This document shows, piece after piece, positions 17,474 to 25,773 of a stretch of DNA of 64,000 nt (position 1 is its first letter; each line of letters opens with the position of its first letter). The DNA comes from Nanobdellota archaeon (GTDB lineage: Archaea; Nanobdellota; Nanobdellia; Pacearchaeales; GW2011-AR1). Under the pieces are notes generated by a model. It searched no databases, had not been told where the DNA came from, and saw only the letters and a list, made by a program, of their open reading frames with translations. The stretch covers positions 51,753 through 115,752 of the forward strand of contig JAHIWS010000011.1 in NCBI GenBank assembly GCA_018815925.1, read 5' to 3'. The position numbers and the translations under genes were made by a program.

Positions 17474-20400
17474 TTAGTTTATTTTATTTATTTTTTTCAT
17501 GGCTTTTGAGTAAATTGTCCAAATATTTCTTTGATCTCTGTTTAGTATTTTTGCAATTTCACCATAATTTAAATCTTGTTTTCTTAAATAAATAGTTAAT
17601 GATTCAAGAATTGTTAGTTTTCTATTTTTAAATATTGAGATTGGAATGAAAATATTTGATTTTTTAATTTTTAATGTTGCTTTTTGTTTTTGTTTTGATT
17701 TATTATAGGATGCCCAAATTGTTCTTTGATCTCTGTTTAGTAATTTAGCTATTTCAGAATAAGGTAGGTTTAGTTTTTCTTTTAAATATTTTGTTAGGGC
17801 TTCTAATGCTCCTAATTTGTTTATGAAGATTGTTCCTGGAACTGTTGGTTCTCCTATGATTTTGTTTTTGATTTTTTTCTTTTTTCTTCTAAAACTTATT
17901 GCTACGAGGAGTATTCTAATGGTCCAAACACCTTTTCCTTCTGTTGAGTAGGCTTGAGTAGAAATATCAGAAATGGCGTTTATACAAAAGTACAATTCTT
18001 CTTGAGCTGTTCCATCGTTTTTAGTGAAGTTTCCTTTTGGAAGTATTGCTCCTGTTACATTTACGAGTGTGAAATTACTCATAAAAGAGCCTGCACACTC
18101 ATCTAGGTTTGGAAATGTTCCTCCTGAACTTAATGCTACTGAGAAATTTTCTGCATATATAGCCTCAGTAAGATATGTTTCACCCCTTAGATTTGATGCA
18201 TTTATACTTATGTTTCCAGTGATATATCCTGATTGTTTGTTTCCTGTGTTGTTTATTATTATAGGGTCATTTTCAGATGTTTGGTTTATAGAGTTAGGAC
18301 TTACAATCCAAGACAAGTTTACAGGGCCTATCTCAAATCCTGTTATTGATGCAATTGAGAAATTTGTTGAAGTATTTGTTGCTTCATTTGTATTATTGTC
18401 TCTTATATATGCTTTAATTCCCCAGCTTCCAGAAGCATCCCACCACCACATTGTCACATTGCAAGTGAAATTTGCAGAGTTTTCTCCATTGTCTTCAAAT
18501 CTAGTGCATGTTGAATTAAATCTTGTTTCTTCACTACCCCTTATAAAACTTATATTTGCTGTGCTTCCGTTTAAATCACTTACCCCATTTGCATCATAAA
18601 CTGAAAAATTAATAATTACTGTTGTTGCTAATGGTGCTGAATTAAAAGTAGTGGCTAGGGTTTTCATCACTTCTGTGTTGTTGTAGACTTGTTGTATTTC
18701 TGGAGCAGAATCTCCTGTTATTGTGAAATTTATTGCTGTTCTTTTTTCATTTCCTGCAGAATCATTTGCCCAGAGTGTGAAATTGTGTTGATCATTTGCC
18801 CAGATTATTGTTGTGATGTTCTGGCCACAATTTATTGAAAAGTTTTTTAAGAAAGTGTCATTAGACCACCAGCAGTGTGCTAATCCTAAATTATCTGATA
18901 TAGTATAATTTACATCTGTTGTGTTTTTTGTGTAGTGGGTGTTGTTTAAAGGATATACAATTGCCAGACTAGGAGCTGTTAGATCAATTATAAATTTCAC
19001 TGAAGTTGCATTTATGTTTCCAGCAGAGTCATTATTCCAAATAGTTACATTGTGTCGTCCTTCTGGCCATATTAGGGTGGTTATGTTTGTCCCGCAAGCA
19101 ATTGTTTTATTTATCAAATAAGTATCATTACTATACCAACAAGAAATAGAATCAGCTCCTGCAGTATAGTTTATGTTTAATAGTGTATCTGTCCAGTTTG
19201 TGTTGTTTGTTGGAAAAGTAATTGTTATGTTTGGAGCTACTGTGTCTATTGTAAAAGTTATTGAACTGGAATTTTCATTACCTGCTGTATCATTACTCCA
19301 AATAGTTACACTATGAATTCCTTCACTCCAAGTTACTCCTGTTATATTTGTACTACAATTAGCTAGACTTGTATTTACAGAATATGAATCATTAGACCAC
19401 CAACAAGATTCTATTCCAGTTCCAGAATCACTTGTAGTATAATTTACATTTAGTTGGTTGTTGCTTGAATTTGTTGCATTTGTAGCTGGATATAAAATTG
19501 ATAAATCAGGTGGTGTGATGTCTTCTACAATTCCTGTTCCAAGGGTAATGTTTCCTTGTTCCATTGTAAACCATGCTGCAGGGTTGCTATTGTGGCTATC
19601 ACAATCATTTGCTCCATCTTGTTCACACTGTCTTACATCAGGAGTAGCTGTGTTAACATCTCTTGCCCAAGGAGATTTAGGGTCCTGGCCTCCACTATTA
19701 CCATTCATACTCACCATTAATCTTGGAGTGGTATAACTTGCAGTCCAAGTAATTGCCCCCCATGTGGGTCCATTTACAGATACAGACCCTGATTGGAAAT
19801 TTACTTGTTCAGAAAAATTAACATTAGCAACATCAATTGCTACCCAACCAATATTTTCGTTAGGCATCCCTGAGGTACATGCATCACCTGTTCCTTGATG
19901 AAAACAAGATTTGAAAATTGCTTGAGTGGTGGTAATACTGTATACCCAATTTCTTACAGCCATATTATTTTCTGTTTGGGTGTAGCTTTGGGACTGGACC
20001 CATACTAATGGAGCATTTGAAAATGTTTTTCCAAAGGTTAGAGTAGTAGCTGCATTATCTGTTGAATCAACAGTACCATTTCCTATTGCAATCCAACTTG
20101 GCAAATCTGCATCTCTGTCAAAAACAAAATAATGTACTGTTTCTTCAATAAATGTGGGATCACAAGTAGCAGCACCAGCATCTTGACAAAGAGTTATATT
20201 AAAATGTGTTGTATTTATCATGCTTATTGTAGGAATAATTTGATTTTCATCATCACCAGTACCATCCTCATTTTCTGTAACAGGACTTGCAATTACTATT
20301 GGGGGGGAAGAATAAGTATTTTTAAATTTTATTAAGTGCCATTCAAAATTAGAAATGTTTATTTCTCCTGTTTCTCCAAGAATTACATAAGCATCATTAT

Positions 20401-22378
20401 GTGCATAGGCTTTTACCCCTCCAAAATCAAATTCTAAATGGTGTTTTCCTTGAGTTAGGACTTTTGAGATTTCAAATCCCATTTGGTTTTCACAAGAATA
20501 ATTTGAAATAAATATAGAATTATTTATCCATTCATAATCTAATTTATCTGGACCACATTTTATTTCAAGGAATTTTAGTTCATTTTCTTCATTTTCATTA
20601 CTCCAAGTTGTTCCATTAATAATAGTGATTGTTAGATCTGCTTGTCCAATTGTTGTGAATTCAACTGTCCAGTTTCCACCAACAGTTGGATAAGATTGTA
20701 TATTTAAGATTATAATTTCTAGTTCATAAGTTTGATTAGATAAGTGAGGAACAATCCATTCAATATAATCAATTAATTCATTTGAATTATTATCAAATGT
20801 TTGTATTTGTACAGGCTCTTTTGAACCATTGATTATGTGGTAAAGATGAATTGCTTGTTTAGGAGTTTCTTTTAATAGTTGAGTTGAAGCTAAAATATTT
20901 GTATAGCCTAATTCATTTGGATCAGATATTGTTATTATTTTTCCATTAGGAGTTATTTCTTCAAATGATATTGGTCCAGGTGTTTTATATTCTATTTCAT
21001 ATTCTGTTGCATTTTCGTCAATTGTAATCTCTATTGCATCTGGTTGTTCTTCTGTAAGAATTGCTCTTCCTGTCAAGGCTCCCAAAATTCTTTTAAAAAA
21101 TCTTGTTATGAAATTTCCTGTTGGTTGGGTTTTACTAGAACTTATAACTGCTCCTGTGATTAGTGATCTGGAAGTTATGTCTTCTTCTTGTGTTTCTTTA
21201 ATTAATGTAGAAACTTCTTCTAATTGTTCACTTACTTCTCTTAGTTGTTCTTGTAGTTCTTCAAGTTGCTTTTGTAATTCTTCAATTTTTTCTGAATTTG
21301 TTGTTGAAATGTTTTCTCCTGTTATTTTAGAAGAAGGAGCTTCTTCTGTACCAAGCTCTTCGCTTGGGAGCTCATCTAGGCTTGGCTGAGCTGGAGAAGG
21401 GGTCAAGTCTTCTTCTGCTGAAGAAACTCCTGTGTTTTGTTCTGAATATATTTTTGTTAATTTTTTTATACTGATGTTTTGAGCATTTTTTGGAAGTTTG
21501 ATTTTGATTGCTTTTGGATCTTCTAAAGAAATTTTTTTTGTCCATTTAACTGGTTGGCCTAAAACAGCTTGATACTGGATTGTTTCAACAGAAGCATTTT
21601 CAATTTCTGTTGCATTGATTGTGGTATTATTTCTTGGAATAGTAATATTTGTTTCAGGAATTGTTATATTTTCAATTGGTTTTGTTATATTTTCCTCAGG
21701 AGGAATTGTTATATTTATTTCTGGTTCTTCCTCTGTTATATTTATTTCAATTTCTTTCTCTTCCTCAATTTCCTTTGTTATATTTTCTTCTGGAATAGTG
21801 ATATTTGTTTCTGGCTCTGGAAGAGGTTCCTCTATTTCTTCTGGTTCTTGAGAAGGGGTCAAGTCTTCTTCTGGTTCTATAGGAACCTCTTCTTCTAATT
21901 CTAGTTGAATATTTTCGGGTATTTCTTCTTCAATAATTTCTTCTGGTGGATCTTCCTGTTTTGGTTCAGGTTGTTCAACAGGAGCTTCAGGTTGTTTTTC
22001 AGCTACTTCTTCTTCAACAATAAATCCTGTATATTTTAAGTCTACATAATAAAGAGCTAAAACAAATAAACCAAGTAAAACAAAACTAAAAAGTATTGTG
22101 GTTATTTTGTTTTGAATTATTTTTGTTTTTTGTTTTTTTAGGAGTTGTTTACACTTTTTTATGTAAGAATTATAAAAGTCTACCCATTGCTTTATTGTTT
22201 TTCCATTTGTTTTTTTATGAAGAATTTCTATGTATCTAGAATAAGGAATTTGTCTTTGAGTATATTTTTGATTAAGATTTTGAAAATAAGAAATTAACTC
22301 TTTTTTCTTTTTTTCTGCGAAAGCTATTTTTTTTTGTAGTTCCACTGTTGTGGCTTTTGCTAATTGACCCCTTCCCAT
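17474..22378 (-). CDS. Giant surface protein (1,634 aa). Order: conserved N-terminal cytoplasmic domain, TM anchor, acidic E/P linker with NITIP repeats, coiled coil, beta-rich modules, 3 Ig-like adhesin repeats, tip domain, short hydrophobic/KKKK segment, two C-terminal HTH modules
   Basis: Single uninterrupted ORF. TM: ILFSFVLLGLFVLALYYV. Coiled coil: EELQKQLEELQEQLREVSEQLEEVS. Three repeats of about 72 aa (..ESCWWSNDSY..ITGVTWSEGIHSVTIWSNDTAGNENSSSITFTIDTVAP..). The last 128 aa hold two copies of L..LE.L..YL......L.Y.EIAK.LNRDQR.IW..Y.K. Confidence 0.85.
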   Translation of the reverse strand: MGRGQLAKATTVELQKKIAFAEKKKKELISYFQNLNQKYTQRQIPYSRYIEILHKKTNGKTIKQWVDFYNSYIKKCKQLLKKQKTKIIQNKITTILFSFVLLGLFVLALYYVDLKYTGFIVEEEVAEKQPEAPVEQPEPKQEDPPEEIIEEEIPENIQLELEEEVPIEPEEDLTPSQEPEEIEEPLPEPETNITIPEENITKEIEEEKEIEINITEEEPEINITIPPEENITKPIENITIPETNITIPRNNTTINATEIENASVETIQYQAVLGQPVKWTKKISLEDPKAIKIKLPKNAQNISIKKLTKIYSEQNTGVSSAEEDLTPSPAQPSLDELPSEELGTEEAPSSKITGENISTTNSEKIEELQKQLEELQEQLREVSEQLEEVSTLIKETQEEDITSRSLITGAVISSSKTQPTGNFITRFFKRILGALTGRAILTEEQPDAIEITIDENATEYEIEYKTPGPISFEEITPNGKIITISDPNELGYTNILASTQLLKETPKQAIHLYHIINGSKEPVQIQTFDNNSNELIDYIEWIVPHLSNQTYELEIIILNIQSYPTVGGNWTVEFTTIGQADLTITIINGTTWSNENEENELKFLEIKCGPDKLDYEWINNSIFISNYSCENQMGFEISKVLTQGKHHLEFDFGGVKAYAHNDAYVILGETGEINISNFEWHLIKFKNTYSSPPIVIASPVTENEDGTGDDENQIIPTISMINTTHFNITLCQDAGAATCDPTFIEETVHYFVFDRDADLPSWIAIGNGTVDSTDNAATTLTFGKTFSNAPLVWVQSQSYTQTENNMAVRNWVYSITTTQAIFKSCFHQGTGDACTSGMPNENIGWVAIDVANVNFSEQVNFQSGSVSVNGPTWGAITWTASYTTPRLMVSMNGNSGGQDPKSPWARDVNTATPDVRQCEQDGANDCDSHNSNPAAWFTMEQGNITLGTGIVEDITPPDLSILYPATNATNSSNNQLNVNYTTSDSGTGIESCWWSNDSYSVNTSLANCSTNITGVTWSEGIHSVTIWSNDTAGNENSSSITFTIDTVAPNITITFPTNNTNWTDTLLNINYTAGADSISCWYSNDTYLINKTIACGTNITTLIWPEGRHNVTIWNNDSAGNINATSVKFIIDLTAPSLAIVYPLNNTHYTKNTTDVNYTISDNLGLAHCWWSNDTFLKNFSINCGQNITTIIWANDQHNFTLWANDSAGNEKRTAINFTITGDSAPEIQQVYNNTEVMKTLATTFNSAPLATTVIINFSVYDANGVSDLNGSTANISFIRGSEETRFNSTCTRFEDNGENSANFTCNVTMWWWDASGSWGIKAYIRDNNTNEATNTSTNFSIASITGFEIGPVNLSWIVSPNSINQTSENDPIIINNTGNKQSGYITGNISINASNLRGETYLTEAIYAENFSVALSSGGTFPNLDECAGSFMSNFTLVNVTGAILPKGNFTKNDGTAQEELYFCINAISDISTQAYSTEGKGVWTIRILLVAISFRRKKKKIKNKIIGEPTVPGTIFINKLGALEALTKYLKEKLNLPYSEIAKLLNRDQRTIWASYNKSKQKQKATLKIKKSNIFIPISIFKNRKLTILESLTIYLRKQDLNYGEIAKILNRDQRNIWTIYSKAMKKINKIN

Positions 22379-22401
22379 TACTTATTATATATGTATATTT
22401 C

Positions 22402-22409
22402 CTTATAAA
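22402..22409 (-). promoter_or_regulatory. TATA box (TTTATAAG on the - strand), 24 nt upstream of the ATG at 22378
   Basis: cttataaa on the + strand at 22402-22409. The segment between the TATA and the ATG is shared with the paralogous promoter at 7683-7714. Confidence 0.5.
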
Positions 22410-22511
22410 TGTTACTTACCATATATGTAATCCTTTTGAGAAGGATTTTTGTAGTGTATATCAAAAGATTTATATAGTTTTGTAGTTTGTAATTATGAAT
22501 TGAGGTTTTAA

Positions 22512-24179
22512 ATGGCTTATATTGTTAAACAAAAAGTTCATGGGAAAGATTACTATTATCTTAGAAAGAGTGTGAGATCTGGGAATAAAGTTGTGAGTAA
22601 GTCAATTGCTTATTTAGGAAAAGATAAAGAACAGGCTGAGAAAAAAGCTAAAGAAATTTTAAATGTGAAAAAACAAAAACAAGAACAAAAGGGTTCTGAA
22701 ACTTTAGAAAAACCAAAATATGTTAAGATATCTATTGAAGAGTTGGCTAATTTTTGTAAAGCAAAAGGATTTGTGTTTAGAAGTTCTGATATTTATGGAG
22801 GATTTTCTGGTTTTTGGGATTTTGGTCCTTTGGGTGTAGAACTTTTTAAGAATATAAAAAGAGATTGGTGGGATTTTTTTGTATATCAAAAAGAAAATGT
22901 AGTTGGAATTGAGGCAAGTGTTATTTCTTCACCTATGGCTTGGAAAGCTTCAGGTCATATTACTAGTTTTAAAGATGTTGCTGTTATTTGTAAGAAGTGT
23001 GGGAAATCTACAAAATTAGAGATTAGTGAATTTGGAAAAATAAACTGTGATTGTGGGGGGGAATATGAAAAAATAGGGGAATTTAATTTACTTTTTAAGA
23101 CAAATGTCGGAGCTTTAGATACAGAAGAGGCTTATCTTAGGGGAGAGACAGCTCAGGCAATGTTTATGAATTTTAAATTGGTTTCTCAAACTTCAAGAAT
23201 GCAATTGCCTTTTGGTATTGCACAGGTTGGAAGATGTTTTAGAAATGAGATTGCTCCAAGAGATTTTTTATTTAGGAGCAGGGAGTTTAATATTGGTGAG
23301 CTAGAGTTTTTTATTTCTCCTGGAGAAAAAGAATGTAATTTGTTAAAGAAAAAACATTTGGATTTAAAAATAAAACTTTTAGATGCAGAAATGCAAAAAA
23401 GTGGAAAAATAGAGTTTAATGAAACAAATATTAAAAAAATGTTGGAAGAAAAAAGATTAGGAGAATGGCATGCTTATTGGTTAGCAGAACAGATTTTTTG
23501 GTTTAAGAGTCTTGGTTTAGAGAATATTAAGGTTAGGGAGCATATGGAAGATGAAAGGGCTTTTTATTCTTCTGCAACTTTTGATATTGATTATAATTAT
23601 AATTTTGGAAGCAAGGAAATCGCAGGAATTGCAAATAGAGGTCAGTATGATTTAGGCCAACATCAGACAGAAGCTAAAAAATCAATGGAAATTTTTGATG
23701 AGAAATCTGGAAAAAAAGTTTTGCCTAGGGTCATTGAACCTACTTTTGGTATGGAAAGAGTTTTTTTGGCTATTTTAACATCAGCTTATTCAAAAAATTC
23801 TAAAGGGGATGTTGTTTTGAGAATTCCTCCTAAGTTGGCTCCAATTAAAGCAGCTGTTTTTCCAATTGTGAAAAAACCTAAATTTGAAAAAATTGCAGAA
23901 AATATTGTCTCAGATTTAAGAAAAGAATATAATGTTGTTTATGATAGGTCTGGAAGTATAGGGAGAAGATACGCAAGAAACGATGAAATTGGAACTCCTT
24001 TTTGCATAACTATAGATGAAAGTTCTTTAGAAACAAAAGATGTTACTGTGAGGATTAGAGATACTACGGAGCAGGTTAGAATTAAGATAGATAAATTAAA
24101 AGAAGTTTTAAAAAAAATAATAGCTGGAGAAGATATCCTTAATTTTGGAAAGAAAATCAACACAAGAAAGAAAATTTGA
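22512..24179 (+). CDS. glyS: Glycyl-tRNA synthetase, archaeal/eukaryotic alpha2 type, with an N-terminal extension of about 70 aa
   Basis: KAKGFVFRSSDIYGGFSGFWDFGPLGVELFKNIKRDWW; RGETAQAMFMNF; FGIAQVGRCFRNEIAPRDFLFRSREFNIGELEFF; C-terminal anticodon-binding domain. Confidence 0.9.
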   Translation: MAYIVKQKVHGKDYYYLRKSVRSGNKVVSKSIAYLGKDKEQAEKKAKEILNVKKQKQEQKGSETLEKPKYVKISIEELANFCKAKGFVFRSSDIYGGFSGFWDFGPLGVELFKNIKRDWWDFFVYQKENVVGIEASVISSPMAWKASGHITSFKDVAVICKKCGKSTKLEISEFGKINCDCGGEYEKIGEFNLLFKTNVGALDTEEAYLRGETAQAMFMNFKLVSQTSRMQLPFGIAQVGRCFRNEIAPRDFLFRSREFNIGELEFFISPGEKECNLLKKKHLDLKIKLLDAEMQKSGKIEFNETNIKKMLEEKRLGEWHAYWLAEQIFWFKSLGLENIKVREHMEDERAFYSSATFDIDYNYNFGSKEIAGIANRGQYDLGQHQTEAKKSMEIFDEKSGKKVLPRVIEPTFGMERVFLAILTSAYSKNSKGDVVLRIPPKLAPIKAAVFPIVKKPKFEKIAENIVSDLRKEYNVVYDRSGSIGRRYARNDEIGTPFCITIDESSLETKDVTVRIRDTTEQVRIKIDKLKEVLKKIIAGEDILNFGKKINTRKKI

Positions 24180-24279
24180 TTTTTCTCGTCGGAAAATTAA
24201 AAAATTAATTTTTATTTTTGCAAAAAGTTTATAAATAAACTTTTCGTAATAAGATTAATTAAAAAAAGAGAGGTGAAAA

Positions 24280-24426
24280 ATGGCTAAAACTAAAACACCA
24301 AAACAGCTTGCAGTGAAAATAAAATCTCTTAAAAAACAAGTAGCAAGACTTGAAAAACAAAGGAAAAAAGCTGTTGCAAAGAAAAAACCAAAGAAAAAAG
24401 CTGCAAAGAAGAAAAAGAAAAGATAA
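24280..24426 (+). CDS. Small highly basic protein (48 aa), unknown function; not in the ORF track (<60 aa)
   Basis: SD GAGAGGTGA 5 nt before the ATG. Sequence: MAKTKTPKQLAVKIKSLKKQVARLEKQRKKAVAKKKPKKKAAKKKKKR. Confidence 0.4.
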   Translation: MAKTKTPKQLAVKIKSLKKQVARLEKQRKKAVAKKKPKKKAAKKKKKR

Positions 24427-24513
24427 TTAAGCTCAGTTTAATTTTTGTGTTATTTTAATTAGTTGTTACTTTATTTGAAAAGATTTTTAAACTTAAATTT
24501 TTTATTTGTTTAA

Positions 24514-24873
24514 ATGGAAACTTGTATATTTTGTAAGATGGTAACAGGACAAATCAATTCTGAAAAAATTTATGAGAATGAAAATTTTTTTTCTGTTTTT
24601 GATGCTGCCCCCCAAGTAGAAGGTCATGCATTAGTTATTAGTAAAAAGCATTTTAAAAATAGTTTAGATTTACCAAACACACTTTGCCCTGAACTTATGG
24701 ATGCTATTAAAAAAACAGCTTTGAAATTAATAGACAAGTATAAGGCTGATGGTTTTAATGTTATTAATAATAATTTTGCATCTGCTGGTCAGATTGTAAA
24801 TCATATTCATTTTCATATTCTCCCTAGAAAGACTGGTGATGGTTATAGTATTTTTGTGAAGAAGAAGAAGTGA
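24514..24873 (+). CDS. HIT-family (histidine triad) nucleotide hydrolase
   Basis: CIFC zinc motif at the N-terminus; histidine triad NHIHFHILPR. Confidence 0.85.
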   Translation: METCIFCKMVTGQINSEKIYENENFFSVFDAAPQVEGHALVISKKHFKNSLDLPNTLCPELMDAIKKTALKLIDKYKADGFNVINNNFASAGQIVNHIHFHILPRKTGDGYSIFVKKKK

Positions 24874-24936
24874 TATTAGGATTATTTAGTTTTTTACAAT
24901 AATAATAATTAAAAACTGAATGTTCTTTAAGATTTT

Positions 24937-25265
24937 ATGGGTATTGAAGAGAATTTTGAAGAAGCAGGAGGTTGTTTGTTTATGGGAGAGATTTCATCAG
25001 ATTTAAGGGAATTTTTGTTGGCTAAACAAAAAGGCATTCTTCTTAATAAAGATTACCCAGATTCAATAAAAAATCTTTAGATTTTTTAAATAGAATTGAA
25101 ATTTATCTTAAAGACTTAGATATTCTCCTCATATCAAATTCTAATATTCTTAATAATGCTAAAGAAAGATTTACAAACCAGTATTTTTTAGAAAGAAAAG
25201 ATCTGTTGCAAGAATTGAGAGTATCATTAACAAAACTAAAATTTGGATTACAAGTTATAGATTAA
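24937..25265 (+). pseudogene. ORF of about 108 codons split by a frame change at an A6 run. It could be a pseudogene, a sequencing indel or a -1 frameshift site
   Basis: Frame 0: MGIEENFEEAGGCLFMGEISSDLREFLLAKQKGILLNKDYPDSIKNL* (stop at 25078). After a -1 shift on ata-aaa-aat (25065-25073) the reading continues as ..DSIKKSLDFLNRIEIYLKDLDILLISNSNILNNAKERFTNQYFLERKDLLQELRVSLTKLKFGLQVID* (stop at 25263-25265). Confidence 0.4.
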
Positions 25266-25354
25266 GAAACAGGAATTTTTTTTGAATTTTTATAATGATT
25301 ATTCAAAATATCCTTTAGATAGAAATTTAGATTTAAGGGGTTATTATTAGAAAA

Positions 25355-25507
25355 TGTCTCTGAGGGGATTTTAACCCCCGACCTCAGCCTAACTCAGAAT
25401 GAACAAGTAACTCAACACTGAAATTTTCTATAAAGAAAATTTCGTGGATGAGCTTGAGCAAGTTCAAACTCATGAGAGCTGCGCTCTAAACCCTGAGCTA
25501 CAGAGAC
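25355..25507 (-). tRNA. tRNA with anticodon CAT (elongator Met or Ile2) carrying an 80-nt intron (25391-25470) at canonical position 37/38
   Basis: Hand fold. Acceptor GTCTCTG/CAGAGAC plus A, D arm GCTC-AGGGTTTA-GAGC, anticodon stem CAGCT/GGCTG, loop CTCATG|intron|A, variable AGGTC, T arm GGGGG-TTAAAAT-CCCCT (non-canonical A56). It is not initiator-like: G1-C72 and no GGG/CCC in the anticodon stem. TATA tttttaaata lies about 20-29 nt upstream. Confidence 0.75.
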
Positions 25508-25557
25508 TATTTTACAAAATATAAAGTATTTAAAAACTCTTCTTTCTTTTTTGAAAT

Positions 25558-25773
25558 ATGGGTTTAAATGAGAGTTTAATTTATGCACTTCCTCAAGAGT
25601 TGGTTGGAAAAGTTTCTGTTCTTCTTACAATTCTTCAGGCTCTTGGAGGAGTTATTATTCTTTATGTTATTTTTGGTGTAATAAGTTTGGTAATTAATAG
25701 GAAAAAGAATAAACAAATTGAGTTGATAAATAAAAATTTAGAAGAAATTAAGGTTTTATTGTATAAAAAATAA
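25558..25773 (+). CDS. Small single-TM membrane protein (71 aa)
   Basis: Hydrophobic span VSVLLTILQALGGVIILYVIFGVISLVI followed by a K-rich tail. Confidence 0.5.
   Translation: MGLNESLIYALPQELVGKVSVLLTILQALGGVIILYVIFGVISLVINRKKNKQIELINKNLEEIKVLLYKK

Noticed and set aside
16471-18700. Possible diversity-generating retroelement (template/variable repeat pair) formed by the duplicated adhesin tip sequences
   Set aside because: There is no reverse transcriptase ORF anywhere in the window. The mismatches inside the shared blocks are not confined to adenine positions of one copy (for example, + strand a>c, a>g and g>a all occur in the 16990-17050 vs 18420-18475 comparison). The copies are whole-domain paralogs, not a repeat of about 100-150 nt.
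25391-25470. Guide sRNA (C/D box) embedded in the long tRNA intron, as in some haloarchaeal tRNA-Trp introns
   Set aside because: There is a CTGA near the 3' end, but no RUGAUGA-like C box anywhere in the intron.
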